Source: an uncultured Selenomonadaceae bacterium (lineage in GTDB: Bacteria > Bacillota > Negativicutes > Selenomonadales > Selenomonadaceae). Taken from it: 64,000 bases of DNA. The DNA lies in the NCBI GenBank assembly GCA_937902665.1, contig CALELM010000046.1:3740-67739 (forward strand), given 5' to 3'. Under the pieces are notes generated by a model. That model was not told where the DNA came from and ran no database searches. It worked only from the letters and a program-made list of their open reading frames with translations. This document shows positions 27,653 to 36,617 of this stretch, piece after piece. Position 1 is the first letter of the stretch, and every line of letters starts with the position of its first letter. The position numbers and the translations under genes were made by a program.

Positions 27653-28816
27653 GTGATTGTTAGGAAAAAATTCTGGAACAGTGATGTTGAGGCGTTGCTC
27701 GCTATTACGGGGATTCTCATCGTGATAGGAATGGTCAATGTGTTCAGTTCCAGCTTCATCTTGGCAGAGACTGATTTTGCGACACCATACTTTTTTTTGA
27801 AAAAACAGGCGATCAACGTGGTCGTCGGATTTGTGGCTTTCCTAATCTGCTTGCGGGTGGACTATCACTGGTGGAAAAAGAAAATGTCCTTTTTGACGAT
27901 TCTCATGATCGTTCTTTTAATAGTAGTTTTGATGGTTGGCGTTGTTGTCAATGGTTCCAGAAGATGGCTGCCGGTTGTTTCCATGCAGCCATCCGAGATG
28001 GCGAAGCTGGTTGGGATCCTGCTGGAGGCGGCTTATTTGTCAACCGTTGCCAAAAAGGGGAAGAAGATCACGCCACTCAATGTGCCGTTTGCCTTAATTA
28101 TTGTCATGGCGGCGCTGGTCGAGATGGAGCCGGACATGGGAACGGCTGCCATTATTTTGGGTGTTCCGTTTTTGATGATGGTTCTTGCAGGTCTGTCGAT
28201 GAAGTTTGTAGGATGGAGTGCAGTGATAATGGCTGTGGCGGTTGCTGGCCTGTGTGTCCTGCAGCCTTATCGACTGGTGCGCATAACTTCCTTTATGAAC
28301 CCTTGGGCAGATCCACAGAATACGGGATACCAGCTGGTGCAATCCTTGTCTGCGATTGGCTCCGGAGAGCTGTGGGGCATGGGGCTTGGCGTTGGCGTGA
28401 GCAAGTACGAGTACCTTCCTGAGGCGCATACGGACTTTGCGTTTGCTATTTTTTGCCAAGAAAACGGATTTATCGGAGCGCTTCTCGTCTTTTTCCTGTT
28501 TGGCATTTTCATGGTTTATGCAATGCGTGTTGCCAATCGGGCGCAGGATTTTTACGGACAGATTCTAGCATTGGGAATCCTTATCCTGATTGTGGGCCAA
28601 GCGATTGCCAACCTGTTCATGGTAGCAGGCATGTTTCCCGTGGTTGGCGTTCCGCTTCCATTTATCAGCTATGGAGGCACGTCACTCATGGTTACGATGG
28701 GGGCGGTTGGTATTCTCCTGAATATAGGTTTGCATGGGGAACGCAGGGAAAGCAAAATTTCCTCGGGAACGCAGGCAAAGCAGGAAGCCCCGTCTTTGCG
28801 CTTGGTAAAGAAATAG
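27653..28816 (+). CDS. FtsW/RodA/SpoVE-family peptidoglycan polymerase
   Basis: 387-aa polytopic membrane protein with the PEAHTDFAFAIFCQENGFIGA and LPFISYGGTS signatures. Confidence 0.9.
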   Translation: MIVRKKFWNSDVEALLAITGILIVIGMVNVFSSSFILAETDFATPYFFLKKQAINVVVGFVAFLICLRVDYHWWKKKMSFLTILMIVLLIVVLMVGVVVNGSRRWLPVVSMQPSEMAKLVGILLEAAYLSTVAKKGKKITPLNVPFALIIVMAALVEMEPDMGTAAIILGVPFLMMVLAGLSMKFVGWSAVIMAVAVAGLCVLQPYRLVRITSFMNPWADPQNTGYQLVQSLSAIGSGELWGMGLGVGVSKYEYLPEAHTDFAFAIFCQENGFIGALLVFFLFGIFMVYAMRVANRAQDFYGQILALGILILIVGQAIANLFMVAGMFPVVGVPLPFISYGGTSLMVTMGAVGILLNIGLHGERRESKISSGTQAKQEAPSLRLVKK

Positions 28817-28840
28817 GAATTGGCTGGAGAAAGAATGAGA

Positions 28841-28876
28841 CGGGAGGATGTCCATTGGACATCCTCCCGTTTGTTT
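28841..28876. terminator. Bidirectional intrinsic terminator between convergent genes
   Basis: CGGGAGGATGTCC-ATT-GGACATCCTCCCG perfect 13-bp stem followed by TTTGTTTC. Confidence 0.7.
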
Positions 28877-28881
28877 CTTGT

Positions 28882-29331
28882 TTATGCGTTTTTCTTCTTT
28901 TTTCGCTCTTTTGCATTTTTTTCTTTTGCCTGCTGTTTCTTGTCAAGCTCCTTTTGCTGTTTTTGCTTGGCGTACTCCACGCCCATGCCCATGAGGAAAT
29001 GCTTGAATGCCATCATGGGATGCGAGAAGAACATGCTACGCTGCGTGGAACTCATGATTTCCAGAAATTCCTTGGTCGGTGCTGTTCCAAAGCAAGGACG
29101 GTCGCAACGGTCGCAAATCGGCTTTGTGATACCGTAGGGGCAACGGTTCATCTTCGTCATGACCGTTGCCAGAAGCGCCGTGCATTTCGGGCAGAGCGTC
29201 CCTTTTTCGGTATTGTGGTGCTTGTTGCAGTAAAGCCCAAAGGTTTTTTTGATATTTTTCTTCTCATTGGGAATGTTGTTTTTGATTTCTGCAGGCTTGC
29301 GTTTCGGTAGAAATTTTGAAAAGAATCCCAT
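28882..29331 (-). CDS. YgbA-like 'nitrous oxide-stimulated promoter' family Cys-rich protein
   Basis: YCNKHHN...LCPKC...CPYGITKPICDRCDRPCF cysteine pattern with a K/E-rich tail. The second ATG (29331) has the better SD spacing. Confidence 0.5.
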   Translation of the reverse strand: MGFFSKFLPKRKPAEIKNNIPNEKKNIKKTFGLYCNKHHNTEKGTLCPKCTALLATVMTKMNRCPYGITKPICDRCDRPCFGTAPTKEFLEIMSSTQRSMFFSHPMMAFKHFLMGMGVEYAKQKQQKELDKKQQAKEKNAKERKKKKNA

Positions 29332-29631
29332 GTAAACCATCCTTTATCTTATATAATGCTTGTTGCTTGGCAAATGTCCGTGCCTTTTGAGAGGCACACA
29401 ACTATTATAGCACATTGCGATTGAAATTGCTCTGCCTTTGCCTATTTTCCTTTGGCAACTTGATTTGTTCCGCTGGCTTATGGATTTTTTGGTTTTCTTT
29501 TTTGTACGAAAAAGAGGAAATTGGAATTTTTTGGTGAAATATATACAAGAGAAAGCTTCATGCACTGGGAGCGTCTTGATAGGCGGGCAGAAGGTGCGTA
29601 CAAGGATTTTTTGGAAAGGATAGTGAGGAAA

Positions 29632-30048
29632 ATGGCTGGCAAAATCAAGAACTGCCCAGTTTGCGGAAAGCTTTATGCGGAGATGGGCAGGAAAATGTGT
29701 CCGGATTGCTACGAGAAGTATCAGGAGAAGGAACATGAGGTTCTGGAATATGTGCGGGATCATAAGGGTGCCAAGATAACGGAAATCGTGGAGGCAACCG
29801 GAGCATCGGAGAAGATGATCAATCGAATGATCCGCGAGGGACGCTTTGAGCAAGTGGGCGTAAGAGTAGGGTATCCGTGCGAGAAATGCGGAACGATGAT
29901 CTATACGGGCAAGATCTGCATGACCTGCCAAGAAAAAATTCGTGACGAGCTTCAGGCAACGCAGGCAAAGGTAGTGGCAAAAGCGGCTGCTGCTCCGAGC
30001 AAGCCAGCCAGCAAAAAGGGCGGGATGTACACGACAAGGAACTTTTAA
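29632..30048 (+). CDS. yvyF: YvyF-like flagellar-operon zinc-ribbon protein
   Basis: KIKNCPVCGK...CPDCY...YVRDHKGAKITEIVEATGA...MIREGRF...YPCEKCG...CMTC. It lies immediately upstream of flgM, as in B. subtilis. ATG at 29632 follows AGTGAGGAAA. Confidence 0.75.
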   Translation: MAGKIKNCPVCGKLYAEMGRKMCPDCYEKYQEKEHEVLEYVRDHKGAKITEIVEATGASEKMINRMIREGRFEQVGVRVGYPCEKCGTMIYTGKICMTCQEKIRDELQATQAKVVAKAAAAPSKPASKKGGMYTTRNF

Positions 30049-30128
30049 TCTTATCGGCGAAATGCCAATAAGGGGAGAAAAACAGGGATATTTGCAGAAA
30101 ACAGAAGACAAGCATGGAAAATTTTTAA

Positions 30129-30159
30129 AAGCGAGAGTTAAGTCTCTTGCTTTTTTTTT
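30129..30159 (+). terminator. Intrinsic terminator after yvyF
   Basis: AAGCGAGAG-TTAAGT-CTCTTGCTT stem (one G-U pair) followed by T9. Confidence 0.55.
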
Positions 30160-30165
30160 CGATAA
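30138..30165 (+). promoter_or_regulatory. Possible sigma-28-type promoter for flgM, overlapping the terminator
   Basis: TTAAG-N17-CGATAA resembles the TTAA-N15-TCCGATAT elements upstream of fliC, but the -10 is only a partial match. Confidence 0.25.
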
Positions 30166-30249
30166 ATAGTTAGAAGGATAGGGAAGTCCTGTTGAAGTTG
30201 AGCAAGGAATGGCAGCAAAAATCAGGAAAATGAGTGGGTGGTGAGGATC

Positions 30250-30534
30250 ATGCATATCAATAGCAATATACAAGCAATAGCAGGAGCATATACAGTAAAT
30301 GCATCACATTCCATGAAACGCATGTCTGCAATGGGCAGGACAGACGTAAGGGATGAAGTACATATTTCCAGTGATGGGCAGAGCTTCAGCAGTATGCTGA
30401 AGAAATTGAAGGGAATGGATGATGCGCGTCCGGACAAGGTGGAATTTTACACGAAGGCAATCGAGGATGGGACATATGACGTTTCCTCGGCAAATATCGC
30501 AAGCAGGATGCTTGGCTTTCCGGTCGGCTATTGA
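30250..30534 (+). CDS. flgM: Anti-sigma-28 factor FlgM
   Basis: Small protein with the C-terminal VEFYTKAIEDGTYDVSSANIASRML signature. ATG at 30250 follows GGTGAGGA. Confidence 0.8.
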   Translation: MHINSNIQAIAGAYTVNASHSMKRMSAMGRTDVRDEVHISSDGQSFSSMLKKLKGMDDARPDKVEFYTKAIEDGTYDVSSANIASRMLGFPVGY

Positions 30535-30545
30535 TGGAGGACACT

Positions 30546-31028
30546 ATGTGGCAGGAATTCATGGGGATTTTGCAGCAGATGGTTTCCATTTATGAGGAAC
30601 TGGAGACCTTGGGCAGGAAAAAGCGAGAGCATCTTGTGGTGCTGAATCTTGCGGCACTGGACAAGATTTTGGAGAAGGAGAACGTTTGCGCAAGGAAAAT
30701 TGCCGGACTGGAAAAGGAAAGGCAAAAGGTTTTCTTGAAGCTGGCGTGTGCAGAAAAACGGCTGCGCCCCAATATGAAGATGAGTGATATGCTGGAGCTT
30801 GTTCCTGCTGATTTGCAGGAACGGTTTTCGTCTCTGCAGGAAGCCTTGACCTCGGCAGTCGATCGGGTGAAAAAGGATGAGAAGGAAACCTCCCTTCTGG
30901 TGCATGGTGCGTTGGATGCTGTCAATATTCAGCTGAACCGCATTGGCGGGACAAGGGTGGAGCCTGCCTACGGGAGCGGCGGGCAGGATGTTGTGTCACA
31001 TCGAAAAAATTTTGAGTTTCGTGCATAG
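30546..31028 (+). CDS. flgN: FlgN-family flagellar export chaperone
   Basis: Helical protein in the flgM-flgN-flgK position. ATG at 30546 follows GGAGGA. An alternative ATG at 30534 overlaps the flgM stop. Confidence 0.65.
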   Translation: MWQEFMGILQQMVSIYEELETLGRKKREHLVVLNLAALDKILEKENVCARKIAGLEKERQKVFLKLACAEKRLRPNMKMSDMLELVPADLQERFSSLQEALTSAVDRVKKDEKETSLLVHGALDAVNIQLNRIGGTRVEPAYGSGGQDVVSHRKNFEFRA

Positions 31029-31087
31029 CATGAGGGCTTGTTGGAGATAGGTGCCAGCAAGTCTGGGACAGATATGGGGATATTGCA

Positions 31088-31558
31088 ATGAAGGATGCTG
31101 TCAAGGTTATTCGGAGAGAGATGCTTTTGCTCTGTCAGCTGGGCAAGGTTATGGATGGATTGAACGAGGCACTGCTTCGGCGGGCGGATGCGGCAGGTGT
31201 GAGGAATTCCGTGAGGCAGATGGAGGCAATGCTGTCTGAGCTGGGACAAGCAGAAAAGGATCAGCGACAGTTTTTGGAGACGAAGTCGCAGAATGATATG
31301 CATGGCTTTGTGAAGGCGCAGCCCGCTTCTCAGGAAAAAGATGCGGTCGAGCGCCTTCTTTTGCAGGTGGGCAACCTGCAAAATGACCTGAAAAGGAAAC
31401 GTGCGGAAATAGAGAAGTTGTTGAAGAACGAAAAGAAATTCGTGGATTATAATATCAACGTGATGAATCAGACGCAGGCAGGGAGTATTTACGGGCCTCC
31501 GGGAGGCTCGTCCGTGGAGCTGATGCGGGGAAGAAAGATGTTTGAGGCAGATGTCTGA
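31088..31558 (+). CDS. Second FlgN-like coiled-coil protein
   Basis: 156 aa. Its C-terminal pattern NINVMNQTQAGSIYGPPGG...RKMFEADV parallels NIQLNRIGGTRVEPAYGSGG...RKNFEFRA of the upstream FlgN. Confidence 0.45.
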   Translation: MKDAVKVIRREMLLLCQLGKVMDGLNEALLRRADAAGVRNSVRQMEAMLSELGQAEKDQRQFLETKSQNDMHGFVKAQPASQEKDAVERLLLQVGNLQNDLKRKRAEIEKLLKNEKKFVDYNINVMNQTQAGSIYGPPGGSSVELMRGRKMFEADV

Positions 31559-31594
31559 AGGGTTCATGCGCAGTAAGGGAAATGAGGGAGAAAA

Positions 31595-33268
31595 ATGAGT
31601 TCAACGTTTGGCGGATTCAATACGGTAGTGCGAGGAATCGCAGGCAATCAGCTTTCATTAAATACAGTAGGGCATAACCTGTCGAATGCGGCAACAGAGG
31701 GGTATTCCAGACAGAGCGTAAATCTCATATCGGTGAGCGGGCAAAAGGTCTCAACGGCTTATGGCGAGGCTATTTTGGGGAATGGCGTGGATTCCATGTC
31801 CATTACGCGTGCGAGAAATATCTATGCGGATCGCCAATATTGGGATGAGAGTTCCACGAAAAGCTATTATGAGACCACGCAGGTGAATTATGACAAGCTG
31901 GAATCCATTTTCAATGATACGGACAAGACCGGTCTCAAGCAGGCAATGGAGGAATTTTACCAGTCATGGGTATCGCTTTCCAATGCGGCAAGCGATGGTC
32001 CGACCCGCACGACTGTTGTAGAAAAAGGTACGACGGTAATCGACCGCTTGCAGACGGCTGTGGCGCAGTTGCAGGATCAGATTGTTGCAAACTACAAGGA
32101 CTTGCAGAATTATACGCAAAAAACAAACGAGCTTGCGGGGCAGGTGGTGCTGCTTAACCGCAATATCATGATGGCTGAGTCGAGCGGCGGATCGGCAAAT
32201 GACCTTCGGGATCAGAGGGATGCCGTCATTGATGAGCTTTCGCAGTATGTGGACGTGACGGTCTATGAGGATGACAGGGGCATGTATTCCGTTGTTTCCA
32301 ATGGCGTTTCCTTGGTGAACGGAATCAGCAAGCTGACCTTGAAGATATCGGATCCCATCAACAATGTGAAATATGGCATCACGGACTATAATGTGGAAAT
32401 CGTGGAATCGGGCATCAACTTCCGTTCGGAAAACGGGAAATTGCGAGCCTTGACGGATACGATTGCAGAGGACAAGGGATATATTGACAACATGGTTGAT
32501 ATAGCGGCAACCTTGATGACGACCTTTAATGAGCAGCATCAGAGAGGTGCCGGCATGGACGAGGCTCGCACGGGGGGCATCAACTTCTTTGGGGATGAGC
32601 AGATGACCTACCGATGGGACAATGACAAGCAGTGTATCATGGCTGTGCCAACGAGGATTTCCCAAACGGCTGTGCCGGATCCTGCAGACAGCAAAATTAC
32701 GAACTACACAATCACGAAGACCTTCGATCCAGCAAAGGAAGAGCAGATTTCAGGCGTTTCCATTGTCAATGCACTTTGCATATCAAGACAGATTTCAGAG
32801 GTGGGCGGGCAGTTCAAGATTGCTGCTAGCACGATTGAAAACTTGATGGCGCCGACCGTATCGGGAAATACGGAAACCTATACCTATACCTCCGATGATT
32901 TGGGCGGTACCGGTGATGGCACGAATGCAGTTGACATCAGCCTCTTGTTCAATACGGCACAGGCCTCAACCAAGATTCCGGAGAACACAAGAGCGATTGG
33001 GACGGTGTCCCTGAACAACTATTATCAGGCAATCATGTCCAAGCTGGGGGCAGATTCGGAAGCTATGGACACCAAGGCAGAGGCACAGGACAAGCTGATT
33101 ACGCAAATCACGACATGGCGTTCGGAAACGGCGGGCGTTGACTGGAACGAGGAGCTGACGCACATGATTATGTTCCAGCAGGGCTACAGCGCATGCTCGC
33201 GCTGCCTGACAACGATGGACGAGATGCTGGACAAGCTGATTAACGGCACAGGCACGGTAGGCAGGTAA
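31595..33268 (+). CDS. flgK: Flagellar hook-associated protein 1 FlgK
   Basis: MSSTFGGFNTVVRGIAGNQLSLNTVGHNLSNAATEGYSRQ N-terminus and conserved C-terminus (EELTHMIMFQQGYSACSR). Confidence 0.95.
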   Translation: MSSTFGGFNTVVRGIAGNQLSLNTVGHNLSNAATEGYSRQSVNLISVSGQKVSTAYGEAILGNGVDSMSITRARNIYADRQYWDESSTKSYYETTQVNYDKLESIFNDTDKTGLKQAMEEFYQSWVSLSNAASDGPTRTTVVEKGTTVIDRLQTAVAQLQDQIVANYKDLQNYTQKTNELAGQVVLLNRNIMMAESSGGSANDLRDQRDAVIDELSQYVDVTVYEDDRGMYSVVSNGVSLVNGISKLTLKISDPINNVKYGITDYNVEIVESGINFRSENGKLRALTDTIAEDKGYIDNMVDIAATLMTTFNEQHQRGAGMDEARTGGINFFGDEQMTYRWDNDKQCIMAVPTRISQTAVPDPADSKITNYTITKTFDPAKEEQISGVSIVNALCISRQISEVGGQFKIAASTIENLMAPTVSGNTETYTYTSDDLGGTGDGTNAVDISLLFNTAQASTKIPENTRAIGTVSLNNYYQAIMSKLGADSEAMDTKAEAQDKLITQITTWRSETAGVDWNEELTHMIMFQQGYSACSRCLTTMDEMLDKLINGTGTVGR

Positions 33269-33295
33269 TTTCGGAAAGGGACAGGGGGAAGAAGG

Positions 33296-34615
33296 ATGGC
33301 AGTACGCGTAGCAAGCACGCAGATGGTATATGGGTACCAGCATTCACTGAACACGGCAAACAATTTGCAGGAGGATCTCCTTCAGCAGGGAGACGGGAGC
33401 AAGCTGCATAATCCATCGGACAATTCAGTGGATTATACGAAGTACATGCGGTATATGACATCTGCCAATGAGAACGATCAATACCAAAAGAATGTCAAGG
33501 CAGCAATTTCATGGATGAAGCAGTCGGATGCGGCGATGGTCAACATGACGGACATCATGCAGACCTTCATGGAAAAAACGACAGCTGCTGCGAACGATAC
33601 GAACAACGTGGATGACTTTGCGGCAATCTCCAAGGAAATGCTGGCAGAGATTCAGGAATTGGTATCTCTCGGCAATACGCAGCAGGGTGACCGTTACGTT
33701 TTTGCAGGGCAGTCGGATACGACACAGCCGTTTTCCATTTCCACAGACCTGATTCAGCGCGGACTGACCAAGACACTGGACGAGAATCAGGCACGTTTTT
33801 TCACGACAGCGGATTCCTCAGGCGTGCTTTCCCAGATGCTGGAGCTTAAGGATGATGCAGGGGAAACGTATTACCTCAGCACGACAACTGGCAAGGTATA
33901 TACAAAGCAGTTCATGGATTCCGGCTACAAGGATGTCTTGGCAACGGGTGCAACCAAGGTGCGCGATCAGGATGCTGTCGGGACTGTGGCGGATTTTGCG
34001 TCCGGGACGAAAAAGGTGTCGGATTATTTCAAGAATACCGGAGAAATCAAGGATCTTGCAAGCAGCCTGTCCATGACAACGGCGAGCGGAGATGTGACAT
34101 TGAAATTTGCTACGCTGGGACAGCAGGTCGTTACTTTTACTGGCGATGAGAAGTATATTTCCATGGTCAAGCAGAACGGGACGACAGATCCCTCCTCTGA
34201 TACAGTCAATGCAACGGCACAGGAGCTTTTTGGATCGGATATTTTCGATGATGCAAATTCTGGCAACAGGGTATCGGGATCGGCAATGCTGAACAATTTG
34301 CTTACGGTTTGCGCAAAGACCAAGGCGATGGACACGAGCTGGCTTTCTTCGGATGGGATGACGGTTTCGGACAAGACCCATGCAACGACAATCAATGCAG
34401 AGACGAAAATGGGAGCGCGCAACCAGCTGTATTCGGCAGTTTCGACCATGCTGGACAATCAGGCGGAGATTATCACGGCAGATATTACGGAGGTCAGTGC
34501 TGCGGACGTGGCAAAGCTTTCCGTGAACCTGATGGAGGCACAGACGGTATTCAACCTCATGCTGTCCTTTGGTTCCCGTATTTTGCCGCAGTCTCTGGCG
34601 GATTATCTGCACTGA
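33296..34615 (+). CDS. flgL: Flagellar hook-associated protein 3 FlgL
   Basis: MAVRVASTQMVYGYQHSLNTANN N-terminus, a flagellin-like C-terminus, and its position after flgK. Confidence 0.9.
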   Translation: MAVRVASTQMVYGYQHSLNTANNLQEDLLQQGDGSKLHNPSDNSVDYTKYMRYMTSANENDQYQKNVKAAISWMKQSDAAMVNMTDIMQTFMEKTTAAANDTNNVDDFAAISKEMLAEIQELVSLGNTQQGDRYVFAGQSDTTQPFSISTDLIQRGLTKTLDENQARFFTTADSSGVLSQMLELKDDAGETYYLSTTTGKVYTKQFMDSGYKDVLATGATKVRDQDAVGTVADFASGTKKVSDYFKNTGEIKDLASSLSMTTASGDVTLKFATLGQQVVTFTGDEKYISMVKQNGTTDPSSDTVNATAQELFGSDIFDDANSGNRVSGSAMLNNLLTVCAKTKAMDTSWLSSDGMTVSDKTHATTINAETKMGARNQLYSAVSTMLDNQAEIITADITEVSAADVAKLSVNLMEAQTVFNLMLSFGSRILPQSLADYLH

Positions 34616-34705
34616 GGATTGGCGGAGAATGGATTTTTTCGTGCCTTTTTGATAAAATATAGGCAGTGGGAAAATTCGGAATTCTTTTAGGAAGGGGGGC
34701 TTGCG

Positions 34706-35290
34706 ATGGAGATACCTCGCTTGAACATACGGCATACATTGCCTCAAATCGGAATCAATATGCACCTTGGCAAGCTGGAAACGACACCGATTCAGCCGGT
34801 GTATCACGGGTCATTCAAGCAGGCGAGGTGCAATCAGGGCGTAACCCTTTCCAAGCTGGAGATTGATTCCTACCCGAGCCGCAAGGCTTACGGGCATTTG
34901 AGCGATGATGACTTTGCCAAAAAGTATGGGCAGCAGGGCTTCGAGGATTTAAAGAAGACTACGTCAGCGCATACGCAGCAGGCATGGGACAATATTGACA
35001 ATGCCGCAAAGCCGGGGAGCGGCAGGCCGATGAACATTTATGACCAGAAGCTTGCAGAGGAAATCAACAAGCAGCAGTACATGGCAACACAGATCATACC
35101 GGATCCCATTATCCATTTTACCCCGTGCCAAGTGAAGGGTGACATGGACTTGGCGAAGGAGACTACGGACATCGAGGTGCAGCCTAAGGCGGAGTCACAC
35201 TTTACGCCGGGGCAGGTGGAGACCTACCTGAAGCAAAAAGGGGACATTCAGCGCTGGGTGTCACAGGGCGAGTATGATATTTATGCTTAA
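34706..35290 (+). CDS. YviE-like protein (DUF6470-type)
   Basis: 194 aa in the flgL-yviE-fliW-csrA position seen in B. subtilis. N-terminus MEIPRLNIRHTLPQIGI. Confidence 0.55.
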   Translation: MEIPRLNIRHTLPQIGINMHLGKLETTPIQPVYHGSFKQARCNQGVTLSKLEIDSYPSRKAYGHLSDDDFAKKYGQQGFEDLKKTTSAHTQQAWDNIDNAAKPGSGRPMNIYDQKLAEEINKQQYMATQIIPDPIIHFTPCQVKGDMDLAKETTDIEVQPKAESHFTPGQVETYLKQKGDIQRWVSQGEYDIYA

Positions 35291-35354
35291 TTTGTTTGGG
35301 AAGGCTTCTTGTGTTTGCTAGGAAAAAATACATGAAAACTGGAGGGGAGTTTTG

Positions 35355-35801
35355 ATGCAGAAACTCAGTACCGCAAGATTTGGCGAGATTGAAGTGAAGG
35401 AATCGGAGATCGTTCATTTTGAAAATGGGATACCTGCTTTTGAGCAAGAGCATGAGTTTGTGATTATTCCATACGAAAAGGAAAGTCCGTATGTGTTCCT
35501 GCAATCCGTGCAGACTGCCGATTTGGCGTTCTTGATGACGAATCCGTTCCTGTTCTTTCCGGAGTACGAGTTTGAACTGGAGGATGCGGTTCAGGAAAAT
35601 CTCGGAATTACCAAACAGGAGGATTTGTGTATCTATGTTTTGCTGACGATTCCAGCCGGCAAGGTCAGCGAAATGACAGCAAATCTGATGGCTCCCATCG
35701 TTATTCATGTTGAGAACCACAAGGCAAGCCAGATAGTGCTGGAACGCAGCCACTACACAACGAAGCACAGGCTTTTTCCTGAAGTGAAGGAGGGTGCGTG
35801 A
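35355..35801 (+). CDS. fliW: Flagellar assembly factor FliW
   Basis: TARFGEIEVKESEIVHFENGIPAFE...FVIIP...FLQS pattern. Its stop overlaps the csrA start (TGATG). Confidence 0.9.
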   Translation: MQKLSTARFGEIEVKESEIVHFENGIPAFEQEHEFVIIPYEKESPYVFLQSVQTADLAFLMTNPFLFFPEYEFELEDAVQENLGITKQEDLCIYVLLTIPAGKVSEMTANLMAPIVIHVENHKASQIVLERSHYTTKHRLFPEVKEGA

Positions 35802-36025
35802 TGCTCGTTCTGACTAGAAAGCCACGTCAGCAGATCATGATAGGGGATAATATCGTGATCAATGTTGTGGAGGTACAGGGAGACAATGTGCGCATTGCCA
35901 TTGAGGCCCCAAGGGAAGTGAAGATTTATCGAGGTGAGATCTATCGGGAGATTCAGGAGGAGAACCAAAAGGCAGCTGCCTTCGTTCCGAAGGAACTGGA
36001 TCTCAGTCAGGCTCTTCCACGCTGA
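35801..36025 (+). CDS. csrA: Carbon storage regulator CsrA (flagellar, FliW-partner type)
   Basis: MLVLTRKPRQQIMIGDNIVINVVEVQGDNVRIAIEAPREVKIYRGEIY. Confidence 0.95.
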   Translation: MLVLTRKPRQQIMIGDNIVINVVEVQGDNVRIAIEAPREVKIYRGEIYREIQEENQKAAAFVPKELDLSQALPR

Positions 36026-36094
36026 AGCGGGATGCGGAGCGTTTTGGAGGGAGTTTCGTTAGGGAAAACAAGACATATCTATGGAGGGATTATT

Positions 36095-36529
36095 ATGGTA
36101 GGCAAAATCGGTGATATGGTGTCTGCGGCAGTTGTGATTGGGGCAACCGAGCGGGCAGGCAGTGCCAGCACGGAAAATACGCAGAGCATGAATGCAGAGA
36201 ATTACACAAGGGCAGAGAATGCAAATGAAGTGGATCTTCGGAAGATCGAGGAAAGCAACGAAGCAGATGCTGCCCAAGATGAAGAGCAGGACGAGGAACC
36301 CATGAGCGAGGAATCCGTCAGCCTCATGACGGATGAGCTGAATGAGCTGATGAGCCGCATCAACTGCAACCTCCACTTCAAGTATCACAAGGAGGTCAAT
36401 ATGCTTTCCGTCAAGATGATTGACAAGGGGACGGGAGAGCTGATCAAGGAAGTGCCGCCGGAGAAGATGATCAAGCACATGATCAAGGCGCAGGAGTGGC
36501 TAGGCGCATTCCTGGACAAGAAAGGGTAA
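36095..36529 (+). CDS. flaG: Flagellar protein FlaG
   Basis: C-terminal LHFKYHKEVNMLSVKMIDKGTGELIKEVPPEKM FlaG signature. ATG at 36095 follows GGAGGGA. Confidence 0.8.
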   Translation: MVGKIGDMVSAAVVIGATERAGSASTENTQSMNAENYTRAENANEVDLRKIEESNEADAAQDEEQDEEPMSEESVSLMTDELNELMSRINCNLHFKYHKEVNMLSVKMIDKGTGELIKEVPPEKMIKHMIKAQEWLGAFLDKKG

Positions 36530-36617
36530 TCCGTGACGGGCAGGAGAAACGCTGGCGGGTTTCCTGTTTCGGCATGGATAAGACATTTTATTGGCAGGAA
36601 AGGTTAGGGTGAAATCA

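Noticed and set aside
28453-30273. 285-aa (+) and 309-aa (-) ORFs across the ftsW/ygbA/yvyF region
   Set aside because: Both overlap better-supported genes in other frames or on the other strand, cross a strong terminator or a promoter region, and translate to low-complexity sequence.
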